In this document: piece after piece, positions 51,803-61,057 of the stretch | Layout: each line of letters begins with the position of its first letter | Position numbering within the stretch: the first letter of the stretch is position 1 | Source: Thermoplasmata archaeon | GTDB taxonomy: Archaea > Thermoplasmatota > Thermoplasmata > Lutacidiplasmatales > UBA184 | Direction: 5' to 3' | Length of the DNA stretch: 64,000 bases | NCBI GenBank assembly: GCA_022750195.1 | Contig: JAKIWE010000005.1 | Location: forward strand, 99,531-163,530 | Notes under the pieces: generated by a model | Told to the model about the DNA's origin: nothing | The model's input: only the letters and a program-made list of their open reading frames with translations | The model's database searches: none | Program-made: the position numbers and the translations under genes

Positions 51803-54757
51803 CTATTCCGTGGCCCGAACCGCGTCGGCGGGGGGCGTGCGGGACGCCCGGATCGAAGGTCCGGCGATCGCGGCGATAGCCAGAGCGTAGGCGATCACGA
51901 TGACCAGAAGGACGTTGGTCCACGGGACGAAAAAGGTGGAGACCCCCGAAGCCGCGGCGCTCGGCGAGATGGAGAGATCGTAGACGATCAACAGCCCCAG
52001 GGTCGTGCCGATGGCGAGGCCCAGGAGGGTGACGAACGAGTACTCGAGGACGAAGGCCTTCAGCACCATCGCCTGCGTGAAACCAGCGGCCCGTAGCATC
52101 CCGATCTCCCGCCGGCGCTCGACCACCGCGCGCAGCGCCAAGATCCCCATCGCGGCGATGCCGACCGCGAGGCCCAGCCCGACGAAGATCTCGAGGAGGC
52201 CGATGAACCCCTCCTCCGTATCGATCGAGACGGCGAGGAGGGCGCCGATGTCGAAGAGGACGAGTCCGTAGCGGAAGAACGCTTTCTTCAGGTGCTGGGC
52301 CGTCGTGCTCGTCGAAACGCCCGGGTGGACCGTCAGGAAGTACGCCGTGTCGTTCGTGTAGCCGAGCGACGCCGCGAAGGCCGGGTTCACCCAGATGCCG
52401 GTGAAGATCGACTGTTTCATCACGCCGATCACGGTGACCGGCTTGCTCCCGGCCACGCCGGGCTGGCCGATGCCGATCGATTCACCGATCGTCACCGTAG
52501 GATGGGGAGCGGTCGGTCCCCCGCCGAGGTTGTTCGCGGTCGGGGCGTAGTTCTGGTCGACGATCGCGACCGTCGGGTCGGTGGCGAGGGCGTGCATCAC
52601 CTCGCTCGCCGTCATCCCGTGCAAGGTCTGCGAGAACGGGAACTGGTTCGTCGTGTAGAAGCTCGACGAGGGCGACGCGTTCGCCGGGGCGGAGTAGACG
52701 CTATCGATGTACGGGTTCCCCGTCCACCCGGAGAGGTTCACGGTGACGGCCCCGCTGACCAACGGCACGACCGCGCTGAACGCCGGGGCCAGGGTCGAGT
52801 TGTTCGCGATCTGGCCCGGGAGGTCCGGGATGGGGAGCGAGGAGAATCCGAAGAAATTGTAGCCGCCCGACTGGGTCTCGGTGACGTTGTTGAGGTTGGC
52901 GTTGATGGTCGCCCCGAAGGTGGCGATCGCCACCATCGTGAACACCACGAGGGCGAAGATCGTGAGGTTGATCGCCGTCCGGGTCGACTGGCGGCTGGGG
53001 TAGGAGAGCCCGATCCGGACGACGGGGCTCGCACCCTTTCGTCCGCTGGCGAGCCGGGTGAGCGCGCCGACGAGGACGTTCGAGTTGAAGATGTAGATCA
53101 GCAGTGCGCCGAAGACCATCAGGATCCCTTCGACGAAGACGATGAAGATCCCGCCTCCGTGCTCGTTGCCCAGCAGGTAGGCGTGGAGCGGCTCGGCGCC
53201 GGCCCACGCGAGGACGCCCACGCCGACGGCCGTGAACGCGACCCGGTTCGGGAGGAGGCGCGAAGCGATCAAGCCCAGGCCGATGATCACCATCGAACCG
53301 CCGAGGATCGGTTCGGAGAGGTCCGAGCTGCCGCGGTAGGTGGTCGCGAAGAGGAGCCCGCCGAGCGCGACCGCGACGATCCCAAGGTAGGCGAGATACG
53401 TGTAGAGCCGGAGCGCGGGGCGCGGCTCGGGGATGTCGCGGATCGCCCGCACGATGTTGAGACGGGAGGCACGACGGCTCGCGACGACGACGGTGATGAG
53501 CGTGAGCAGGAACCCTAGGACGTAGCTCTCCACCAGGCTGGTGTTGGTGACGGTGAACGAGTCCAGGATTGCGGTAGCGGTGAGCCCGCCGGTCGCGATG
53601 AATTGGGCGAACGCGTAGACCAGGAGATAGCCCGCGGCGACCCCGAGCGCGGTGCCCGCCGCGGCGCTCCCCAGCGAGTATGCGAGTCCCTCGAAGTAGT
53701 AGGTCAGCACGAGCTGGCCGCGCCGCAGGCCGATCGCCCGCAGCATCCCCATCTCGCCCTTGCGCTCTTCCGCCAGCATGACGAAGATGCCGATGATCAG
53801 CATCGCCCCGGCGACGATCGAGAACAGGCCCAGGACGAGGAAGATCGTCGACGTGCTGCTGGCCGAGGTCTGGGCGTTGGCGACGTCGTTCTTCAGCGTC
53901 TCCGTCACCTTGAGGTTCGACGCCCCGGGGATTGCCGCGAGGCTTGCGTTGAGCGTTCGGCTCACCCCATCGGAAAGCGCGACCCCGGCGTGCTGCGAAC
54001 CGGCGTTGGTCACCGCGATGAAATTGATGCGACCGCTCTGGTTCTCCAGCGCCTGCGCGGTGGCGAGGTCGGTGAAGACGTCCCCCCCGCTGACGCCGGC
54101 CGTCAGGTACGCCCCGCGCAGGTTCTCCTGTACGATGGCCTGGACCGTCACCGTCAGCGTCTGGGGCCCGAAGAGAAGCAGGGTGTCCCCCGCGCTGGCG
54201 TTCATGGACGCGGCGGCGAGCTGGTCGAGGAGCACATTGCCGGGGGTGGGCCCGGCCAGGGTCGTCCCGGAGGTGCTGACGAACGAACCGAGCGCCGCGC
54301 TCTGGTTCCCGTTCGCTCCGACCAGGTTGAGGCTGGTCTGCGGGATGCCGGTGGTTCGGTCGTAGGCCTGCGTAAGGTCTTGGACCATCGGCGTGACGCC
54401 GGCGATGGAGGTGTCGCTCGAGGTGCTCGCCGCGAGCTGGGTGTAGGTCGCGTAGGCGAAGTAGAGGTGGCCGCCGGTCGCCGAGGGACCGGCGATCGAT
54501 TCGTCGACGAGCCCATCGCCCAGGTAGGTGTAGTGGACGCTCAGCTGAGTGACCGTGTCGCCCACCGTGAGGCTGCCGGAGATGATCGTGGTGCCGACCA
54601 GAAGACCGAGGAGAAGGAGGACCGTCCGGGCGCGTCCCCGTCGAACGTTCCGCATCGCGATCCGGAACGGGAGCCGGTTGCGGAGGGCCAGCGCGAGGGA
54701 GATGACGCCGACCACCAGAAGTACGAACAGCAGAAAGACGACGACGGGGTCGATCAT
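51803..54757 (-). CDS. FtsX/MacB-type ABC permease with duplicated FtsX modules
   Basis: This 984-aa protein has two units, each made of one TM, a large extracytoplasmic domain and a 3-TM FtsX bundle. A GGAGG sequence lies 4 nt upstream of the ATG. Confidence 0.85.
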   Translation of the reverse strand: MIDPVVVFLLFVLLVVGVISLALALRNRLPFRIAMRNVRRGRARTVLLLLGLLVGTTIISGSLTVGDTVTQLSVHYTYLGDGLVDESIAGPSATGGHLYFAYATYTQLAASTSSDTSIAGVTPMVQDLTQAYDRTTGIPQTSLNLVGANGNQSAALGSFVSTSGTTLAGPTPGNVLLDQLAAASMNASAGDTLLLFGPQTLTVTVQAIVQENLRGAYLTAGVSGGDVFTDLATAQALENQSGRINFIAVTNAGSQHAGVALSDGVSRTLNASLAAIPGASNLKVTETLKNDVANAQTSASSTSTIFLVLGLFSIVAGAMLIIGIFVMLAEERKGEMGMLRAIGLRRGQLVLTYYFEGLAYSLGSAAAGTALGVAAGYLLVYAFAQFIATGGLTATAILDSFTVTNTSLVESYVLGFLLTLITVVVASRRASRLNIVRAIRDIPEPRPALRLYTYLAYLGIVAVALGGLLFATTYRGSSDLSEPILGGSMVIIGLGLIASRLLPNRVAFTAVGVGVLAWAGAEPLHAYLLGNEHGGGIFIVFVEGILMVFGALLIYIFNSNVLVGALTRLASGRKGASPVVRIGLSYPSRQSTRTAINLTIFALVVFTMVAIATFGATINANLNNVTETQSGGYNFFGFSSLPIPDLPGQIANNSTLAPAFSAVVPLVSGAVTVNLSGWTGNPYIDSVYSAPANASPSSSFYTTNQFPFSQTLHGMTASEVMHALATDPTVAIVDQNYAPTANNLGGGPTAPHPTVTIGESIGIGQPGVAGSKPVTVIGVMKQSIFTGIWVNPAFAASLGYTNDTAYFLTVHPGVSTSTTAQHLKKAFFRYGLVLFDIGALLAVSIDTEEGFIGLLEIFVGLGLAVGIAAMGILALRAVVERRREIGMLRAAGFTQAMVLKAFVLEYSFVTLLGLAIGTTLGLLIVYDLSISPSAAASGVSTFFVPWTNVLLVIVIAYALAIAAIAGPSIRASRTPPADAVRATE

Positions 54758-54761
54758 CGGA

Positions 54762-54771
54762 CCTCCGGAGG
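54762..54771 (-). promoter_or_regulatory. Shine-Dalgarno-like GGAGG within the palindrome CCTCCGGAGG upstream of the FtsX-type permease gene
   Basis: On the - strand the sequence reads GGAGGTCCG-ATG. No A/T-rich box lies at -25 to -35, which implies a leadered transcript. Confidence 0.4.
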
Positions 54772-55047
54772 GAGTGTGTGGCGCATCGAGCAGAGCGGCA
54801 TGGCGGTACTTGTCGACGTCCCGGCGCCCGCGGCCGAACGCCGCGTATTACGTCTGCTCCCGACGGATATCACCCTGGGCGATGTGCGCCCAGACGGGCT
54901 CCGGACGCACGCCCTCACTCGATCGGCGAGGAGACCGGTGCGCCGAGATGCGAGCGAGGCCCCGAGATCGAGATTCGAAGTTCTTAACGCTGGCCGGCCC
55001 CGAGTCTCCCCTGCCCGCCCGAGTTCAGGGCCGCGCTGCGGGCCGAA

Positions 55048-55980
55048 TCACGGAGTGGGCGTCGTTCCCCTCGGAGCGTCAGGAGCGGGCCGGCTGCTCC
55101 GATATCGCTCGACCTGGAGCGCCGCGATCCCGACGACGATCAGGGCGAATCCGGCGAGCTCCGCCCCGCCCACGGACTCGCCGAGCAACAGGGCACCGAG
55201 ACCGACCCCGACGATCGGACCGATGTAGGCGACGAGGTTCGCCCGCGCGGGGCCGACCCGGTGGTGGAGGGCGAAGTAGATCAGGTACCCCACGATCGAA
55301 GAGACCACCACGAGGTAGGCGAGCGCCCCTAGGACCGTCGTGGTCAGGGGAAGCGACCGCTCCCCCGGACTTACGGCGGCCGCCACCGCGAGAAACGCCG
55401 TAGAGGCAGCGAACTGCACTCCGATGCCCCACTGGCCCTGGGGAGCGGGATGGACCTTGCGTAGGACGACCGTCCCCACCGCTGCGCAGAACGCCGCGAC
55501 CAGCACGGCGAGGGCACCGGCGAGCGGGCCGCCGGGCCCGTGCCCGAGCTCGGGGAGGAACATCACCACGACCCCCACGAACCCGACCGCGATCCCCACC
55601 GCGCCGAGCGTGCCGAACCTCTCGCCCGGGAGGAGCTGGCGGGCCAGCACCGCGCTGGCGATCGGGGCCATGGCGATGAGCACGGCCGCGAAGCCCGCGC
55701 CGACCTGGCCTTCCCCCCAGTAGAGGAAGAGCGCGTATCCTCCGATGATCAGGAAGCCCCCCAGCGCCGCCGAGATTCCGAGGGACCGCCGTGACGGTCG
55801 CGGCTCGCGCGAGGCGAGAGCGAGGGCGAAGAAGGCCGCGGCGGCCAGCAGGTACCGCGCAGCGGCGAAGGCGAACGGCGAAGCGCCAGCCTCGATGCCG
55901 GCTCGGATCGCGACGAACGCCGAGCCCCACGCACCGCCCAACAAGACTAGGAGTACGGTGTCGGCGGACGTCCGGTTCAC
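55048..55980 (-). CDS. EamA/DMT-family transporter
   Basis: Ten TM helices form two EamA-like halves. The GTG start overlaps the upstream stop (GTGA). Confidence 0.85.
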   Translation of the reverse strand: MNRTSADTVLLVLLGGAWGSAFVAIRAGIEAGASPFAFAAARYLLAAAAFFALALASREPRPSRRSLGISAALGGFLIIGGYALFLYWGEGQVGAGFAAVLIAMAPIASAVLARQLLPGERFGTLGAVGIAVGFVGVVVMFLPELGHGPGGPLAGALAVLVAAFCAAVGTVVLRKVHPAPQGQWGIGVQFAASTAFLAVAAAVSPGERSLPLTTTVLGALAYLVVVSSIVGYLIYFALHHRVGPARANLVAYIGPIVGVGLGALLLGESVGGAELAGFALIVVGIAALQVERYRSSRPAPDAPRGTTPTP

Positions 55981-56840
55981 GGGCGCCCTGACCCTGCGCG
56001 GGCCAGCACCACCCGGTTCTCCATCTCCTGCCAGACGACCCCGACGTCCCGGAATCCCGCTCGGCGCAGGGAACGAAGGTGGAACTCCACGGAGAGGTGA
56101 CGCGAGCTTTTGCGGGTGTGGGCGAACCGCGCCTCTCGTTCTTGCAGGAGCGGGCGGAGCGTGGGCTCCCTAGCGAGTCGCTTCCACCAGCGGTTCCACC
56201 CGGTCCATTCACTGCCCAGGGAGCCGTACTTCGACTTCCGCACCGCTTCGGCGATCTTCCCGAGCCCCGCGTCGCGACGGGCCCACGGAAGGTAATCCCC
56301 GTTCAGAAAAACGCCCCCGGGTCGGAGGAGACCGGCGACCGTTCGGTGCAGACGCCGCAGCTGATCCGGGCCTAACCAGTGCAGCGCCGTCGTGCTGATC
56401 GCGGCGTGAAACCTGTGGGTGGGCCACCCCCGGGGCCAACCCTCGCTCCCGATGTCGGCCTCGACCCAGGTGATCCGGGTCGCTAGCCGCCGGAGGGCCC
56501 CCTGCCCCACGCGGAGGATCACGGGGTCGAAATCCACCGCGGTCGACCGCGCCTTCGGGAACCGGTCCAGAAGGCGTGCGGTCAGGGAGCCCGGTCCACA
56601 CCCCAGGTCCAGCACCCGCATGGACGATGGTTGCGTGGCGGCCAGCACGTCGAGCATCGCTTCGAAGCGACGTTCGCGCGACGGGTTGAAGCTCTCCTGC
56701 TGCTCATCCCAGCTTCGGAGCCACGAACCCCAATCCGGCTCCCGGGCGACGGGTCGGCTCATCGAAGACCCGACCGCGCGCTCCGCCCTTAAGGGCGAAC
56801 CCCGCCCTTTCGACTCCGAGTCGTACGGAGGGCCGCCCAC
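55977..56840 (-). CDS. class I SAM-dependent methyltransferase
   Basis: Motif I is VLDLGCGPGSLT and the post-I acidic residue is AVDFD. An alternative start is ATG 56762. Confidence 0.8.
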   Translation of the reverse strand: MGGPPYDSESKGRGSPLRAERAVGSSMSRPVAREPDWGSWLRSWDEQQESFNPSRERRFEAMLDVLAATQPSSMRVLDLGCGPGSLTARLLDRFPKARSTAVDFDPVILRVGQGALRRLATRITWVEADIGSEGWPRGWPTHRFHAAISTTALHWLGPDQLRRLHRTVAGLLRPGGVFLNGDYLPWARRDAGLGKIAEAVRKSKYGSLGSEWTGWNRWWKRLAREPTLRPLLQEREARFAHTRKSSRHLSVEFHLRSLRRAGFRDVGVVWQEMENRVVLARAGSGRP

Positions 56841-57015
56841 GCCCTTCTACCGAAGCAGGAGGGCAGCGCGGGGAGGGTGTTCCGATAGGTCGTAACCGAT
56901 CGGACAAAATCCATTATATCGGCTCCAGCGGATGCTCGAGCACCGAAGGGCCGCGAAGCCGGGGCCAACAGCTCCCCGGTCACACGGTCCCGGTTTTTGG
57001 AGAGGTGAGAAAGAA

Positions 57016-57423
57016 GTGAGCGACAGCGGGAGAAGTCTGACCGAACGAACGCTGGGATTCGGGTTTGGAATCGCCGGCGCGGTGCTGGTGGCGATCAGCG
57101 CCTTGGTCCGCTTCGTCGGCGGGTTCGTCGACGCAGCATTGGGCCATGGGGCCAGCGCGGTCGACGCGTGGGGAGGGGCCTTCGTGTTCCTCGTCCTCGC
57201 GGGCGTGACCGGGCTGTTCGCCTACCTAGGGTACCGTCGCTGGAGTGCCCGCCCGTTCACGGCCGGCGTCGTCCTGGTCGTGGTGTCGGTGGTGAGCTGG
57301 GCCGCGTTGGGCGTCGATGGGAGTGTCCTGGCCTTGGTCGGGGTCTTCCTCGCGCTCGTCGGGGGCCTGCTCTACATGCTGACCGGGCTAGAGCTCCCAC
57401 GGGCCCACCCGGTCCCCGCGTAA
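57016..57423 (+). CDS. four-TM membrane protein (hypothetical)
   Basis: This is the 3' part of track ORF 56932..57423. GTG 57016 is preceded by GGAGAGGTGA. The A/T-rich box at 56907-56920 is too close to ATG 56932 to serve it. Confidence 0.4.
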   Translation: MSDSGRSLTERTLGFGFGIAGAVLVAISALVRFVGGFVDAALGHGASAVDAWGGAFVFLVLAGVTGLFAYLGYRRWSARPFTAGVVLVVVSVVSWAALGVDGSVLALVGVFLALVGGLLYMLTGLELPRAHPVPA

Positions 57424-57460
57424 GCGGACGACCCGCGCCGGGCTAGCGCCGTCGCCAACC

Positions 57461-57476
57461 TCTTCCCCCTTTTCCT
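57461..57476 (+). terminator. pyrimidine/oligo-T tract (TCTTCCCCCTTTTCCT) after the four-TM gene
   Basis: It lies 38 nt downstream of the stop at 57423 and contains a T4 run at 57470-57473. Confidence 0.3.
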
Positions 57477-57533
57477 ACCGGTCCGTCCGAGACCGAACTC
57501 CGTCCACCCTCGACACGGCGGTTCCGGACGCGT

Positions 57534-57545
57534 GAACCATATGCC
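57534..57545 (+). promoter_or_regulatory. TATA-like box (GAACCATATGCC) for the CPA2 antiporter gene
   Basis: It is centred about 30 nt upstream of ATG 57570. Confidence 0.45.
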
Positions 57546-57569
57546 GGAACGCCCTATCGTACCTCGGAG

Positions 57570-58778
57570 ATGGCTCTCGAAGAGGTCCAGGTCATCCAGG
57601 ACCTGGCGATCGTCCTGGTCGTTGCGCTGGGGATGGCGCTCCTCTCCCACCTGCTCCACCAGCCCCTCGTCATCGGCTACATCATCGCCGGGATCATCAT
57701 CGGGCCGTACACACCCCCGTTCAGCTTCCTCGCCCAGCCGGGGATCCTCAACCTGTTCGCCGAGATCGGGATCGTCTTTCTGCTGTTCGCGATCGGGCTA
57801 GACTTTCCGATCGCCAAGCTCCGCGCCGTCGGGCGCCCGGCGATCGTCATTGCGCTCACCGAGGCGCTGGGCACGTTGCTCCTCGGTACACTGGTAGCCC
57901 TCGGCCTCGGGTTCTCCCGGTTCGATGCGCTGTTCCTCGGCCTGGCGATCTCCGTGACGAGCACAGTGATCCTCTCCCGGATCCTCGAAGAGCTCCGCGT
58001 GCTCAAGAACGAGGATACGAAGCTCGTGCTCGGGATCACGGTCGTCGAGGACGTGGTCGTCGTCTCCGCCCTCGCCGCCCTCCAGTCCCTCTCGATCTCC
58101 GGCTCGGTGGCGTTGGTCGGCGTGGCCCTCTCGCTCCTCGCGGTCGTCGTCTTCATCCTCGGCACCATCCTCCTCGGCTCCCGCACCATTCCCCGACTCG
58201 TCGACGCCGTCGCCCGGACGGACCGACCCGACCTGATCGTCCTCGCCATCCTCGGCGTCGCCTTCGGCCTTTCGATCGTTTCGAGCCTGCTCGGCATCTC
58301 GGTCGCCACCGGGGCCTTCCTCGCCGGCGTTCTCGTCGCCGAGTCGAAGAGCCAGCCCCGGGCCAATGCGCTCATCACCCCGTTCAAGAGCCTCTTCGGG
58401 GCGATCTTCTTCGTCTCGATGGGGGCGCTCATGAACATCGGACTACTGCCGGGCTACGTTGTCCCGATCGCGCTTCTGCTGGCGACGGCGTACCTCGCGA
58501 AGTACGTCCTCGTCTACCTCGCGGCCCGGACCCAGCACATCGCGACGCCGACCGCCCGGCGCGCGGCGTTCAGCCTGTCCGCATCGGGGGGCGAGCTCGC
58601 CCTCGTCGTCGCCAAGGGGGGCGCCGACGTGGGGCTGACGAGCTCGTTCGTTCTGCCGATGGTCGGAGCGATGACGATCGTCACGGCGTTCCTCTCACCG
58701 TACATCGTGCGGGCCGGCTGGTCCGGGATGGCCGACACGCGGTCCGGGGAGAGCGCCGCGCCCCCCGAACGCAGCTGA
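57570..58778 (+). CDS. cation:proton antiporter (CPA2/Kef-NapA type), membrane domain only
   Basis: The protein has about 12 TM helices in the Na+/H+ exchanger family pattern, with no RCK/TrkA domain. A TATA-like box lies about 30 nt upstream. Confidence 0.85.
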   Translation: MALEEVQVIQDLAIVLVVALGMALLSHLLHQPLVIGYIIAGIIIGPYTPPFSFLAQPGILNLFAEIGIVFLLFAIGLDFPIAKLRAVGRPAIVIALTEALGTLLLGTLVALGLGFSRFDALFLGLAISVTSTVILSRILEELRVLKNEDTKLVLGITVVEDVVVVSALAALQSLSISGSVALVGVALSLLAVVVFILGTILLGSRTIPRLVDAVARTDRPDLIVLAILGVAFGLSIVSSLLGISVATGAFLAGVLVAESKSQPRANALITPFKSLFGAIFFVSMGALMNIGLLPGYVVPIALLLATAYLAKYVLVYLAARTQHIATPTARRAAFSLSASGGELALVVAKGGADVGLTSSFVLPMVGAMTIVTAFLSPYIVRAGWSGMADTRSGESAAPPERS

Positions 58779-58903
58779 TCGACCCTCCGTTCGACGACGT
58801 CCTAGCCCACGGGCGTTCCGCACGTCGTTCGTGGCCCGCGGCCCGATACTCCACGCTTACTCTCCCCTCGGGCGTATCGGCCGCGTATCGGCATCCAAGG
58901 TTC

Positions 58904-61057
58904 TTGAACGACGGAATCCCCCCAGTATCCGTGATGACGGCCCACCGCCCCTCGTTGGCAATCGAACCGCGTCGAACGATCGACCGCGTCGCCCGGCGCC
59001 TCGCGATCCCCGCGTTGGTGTTCCTCCTCGCATCGAGCTTCGCCTTCGTAGGGGGCACGCTCCTCCACGCAGGGGCGGGAGCTGCTCCCCCGCCCTCGGT
59101 CCGTCCGGCCGGGAACTCGTCGGTCCTCACGTTGAGCGCCTCCGCCACTCCGACTTCGGGCGTAGCCCCGCTGACGGTCGCCTTCTCGGCCGTTCCGTTC
59201 GGAGGGACGGCCCCGTACCGCGTCGGCTTCAACTTTGGCGACGGCAGTTCCCCCCTCGTCCTCAACAATTCCGGTAACGGGACGGCGAACCAGGTCAACC
59301 ACACCTACGCCTCGCCAGGAAACTTCACTCCGTACCTCTGGGTGAACGACTCCGTCGGGGGCTCGAACAGTACGACTCTCTCGCTCACCGTAACGAGCGG
59401 TTCGACGGGCGGGAACGGCTCGGGCCGGGTGACGATCCTGGCTACTCCGTCCACGGGCTCGAGCCCGTTGAACGTCACGCTGACCGCCCGGGTCTCCGGC
59501 AACGGGACGCCGACGGGCTACAACTGGACCTTTGGAGACGGCGGGACGGGGTCGGGCAATCCCGTCAACCACCTCTACACGGCGGCCGGCTCCTTCGGGG
59601 TCGGCGTGCAGGTGAGCGGGCTCGTCGCGGGACGGGTCGTGGGCGCCAACACGACGGTCGTCGTGACGAACGGCTCGAGCCACGGCTCGGGGAACGGGTC
59701 GGGGCTTCAGGCGAACGCCACGGTGACGCCCGCCTCCGGGGGCGCTCCGCTCCCGGTCACGTTTACCGCCGCCCCGAGCGGGGGGGCGGCGCCGTACCAG
59801 GTGCATTGGAACTTCGGTGACGGGACCTACTCGGGGCTCCGGACGATCCCCGGCTCCCCCCAGATCGATTCGGTGCAGCACAACTACACCTCCGTCGGTG
59901 CCTACTATCCGTCGATCTCGGTGAACGACTCTGCCGGCCACCGTGTCTCGCAAGGCTTCGGGGTCCTGGTCACTCGCGGGAACGGCACGCCGCAACTTAC
60001 CGTCGCGGCCTCCACGCACTCCGGCCGAGCGCCCCTCACGGTCACCCTCTGGGCCAACGTCAGCGGGAACGCGACCCCGACCGGGTACCGCTGGCAGTTC
60101 GGGGACGGCGGCAACGGGACCGGCACGCCGATCACCCACGTCTACGGCGCGGCCGGGACCTACCGGGCGGTGGTGAACGTGAGCGGGGTCCTAGCGAACG
60201 CCTCCCTCGTCGGGAACACGACGATCACGGTGACGAACGGCACCGGGGCCGGGTCGGGGAACGGGTCGTTGCAGATCGGACTCCACGCGACCCCGACCTC
60301 CGGTAGCGCTCCGTTGAACGTGACGGTCGTGGCGAACGTCACCGGCGGAACGGCGCCCTACCAGCTCTCCTACTGCACGTACATCGGAAACGGCTCCTGC
60401 AACTTCACCAGGCTCGCCGTCAACGTCAGCGCCGGATCGCCGGTCACCTTCCATCTCACCGAGAACGTCACGGGGACCGTCACCGTCCTCGTCCGCGCGG
60501 TCGACGCGAGCTTCAACAGCACGCTGGCGACGGTCGGCATCGTCGTCGGCGGAGGGGGACCGCTGACGGCGCGCATCTCGCTCAACACCACCGCGGGCCC
60601 GGAGCCGCTCGCCGTGGGCCTGAACGTGAGCGTCACGGGAGGCACCTCCCCCTATACGATCCAGTGGTTCTTCGGCGACGGTTCCGTAGGCTCATCACTG
60701 TCGGGGGGCGTGGTCTCGCACCTCTACGAGTCCGGTCACTTCTGGCCGGTGCTCCGCGTGACCGACTCGGCCGGCCACGCTCTGATCCGGGTCGCCCCGC
60801 ACGACATCGTCGTGACCGACAACGGAACGAGGGGCTGCGCCCTGCCGCTGGTGTCGAGCCCGGCCGGGGGACTCGGGACGGCCCTCTCGGGCCTTCCGGT
60901 GAGCGTGTTGCTCGCGGTCGTCGCCGCCGGGGGCCTCGGGGCCGGACTGGCGGTCTCCGCCGTCGGGTACCGCCGACTTCATCAACGCCTGGAGCGCGCG
61001 GAGGGCGAGACGCTCGCCCTCACCATGGAGGGACCACTGCGGCCGCCCGCCGGTTGA
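58904..61057 (+). CDS. surface protein with six PKD-like repeats and a C-terminal TM anchor
   Basis: The leader is LAIPALVFLLASSFAFVGG. Repeats carry PLxVxF...Y.W.FGDG...H.Y signatures and many N-x-S/T sequons. The TM helix is VSVLLAVVAAGGLGAGLAVSAV. The start is TTG 58904 or ATG 58934. Confidence 0.85.
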   Translation: MNDGIPPVSVMTAHRPSLAIEPRRTIDRVARRLAIPALVFLLASSFAFVGGTLLHAGAGAAPPPSVRPAGNSSVLTLSASATPTSGVAPLTVAFSAVPFGGTAPYRVGFNFGDGSSPLVLNNSGNGTANQVNHTYASPGNFTPYLWVNDSVGGSNSTTLSLTVTSGSTGGNGSGRVTILATPSTGSSPLNVTLTARVSGNGTPTGYNWTFGDGGTGSGNPVNHLYTAAGSFGVGVQVSGLVAGRVVGANTTVVVTNGSSHGSGNGSGLQANATVTPASGGAPLPVTFTAAPSGGAAPYQVHWNFGDGTYSGLRTIPGSPQIDSVQHNYTSVGAYYPSISVNDSAGHRVSQGFGVLVTRGNGTPQLTVAASTHSGRAPLTVTLWANVSGNATPTGYRWQFGDGGNGTGTPITHVYGAAGTYRAVVNVSGVLANASLVGNTTITVTNGTGAGSGNGSLQIGLHATPTSGSAPLNVTVVANVTGGTAPYQLSYCTYIGNGSCNFTRLAVNVSAGSPVTFHLTENVTGTVTVLVRAVDASFNSTLATVGIVVGGGGPLTARISLNTTAGPEPLAVGLNVSVTGGTSPYTIQWFFGDGSVGSSLSGGVVSHLYESGHFWPVLRVTDSAGHALIRVAPHDIVVTDNGTRGCALPLVSSPAGGLGTALSGLPVSVLLAVVAAGGLGAGLAVSAVGYRRLHQRLERAEGETLALTMEGPLRPPAG
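59123..60823 (+). repeat. array of six PKD-like domain repeats, including a duplicated two-repeat unit
   Basis: Repeats 1 and 3 share GGxAPYxVxxNFGDG. Repeats 2 and 4 share SGNxTPTGYxWxFGDGG...NTTxxVTNG. The similarity is also visible at the nucleotide level, with an offset of about 560 nt. Confidence 0.75.

Noticed and set aside
53603-55228. A 541-aa + strand ORF antisense to the FtsX-type permease gene and spanning the 290-nt gap.
   Set aside because: It is Arg/Asp/Gly/Glu-rich. The part inside the gap (MAVLVDVPAPAAERRVLRLL...) superficially recalls an HTH but does not fit any HTH pattern I can defend.
58802-60139. A 445-aa minus-strand ORF antisense to the PKD gene.
   Set aside because: The sense frame shows clear PKD repeat periodicity. 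The antisense frame is Arg/Gly/Pro-rich.
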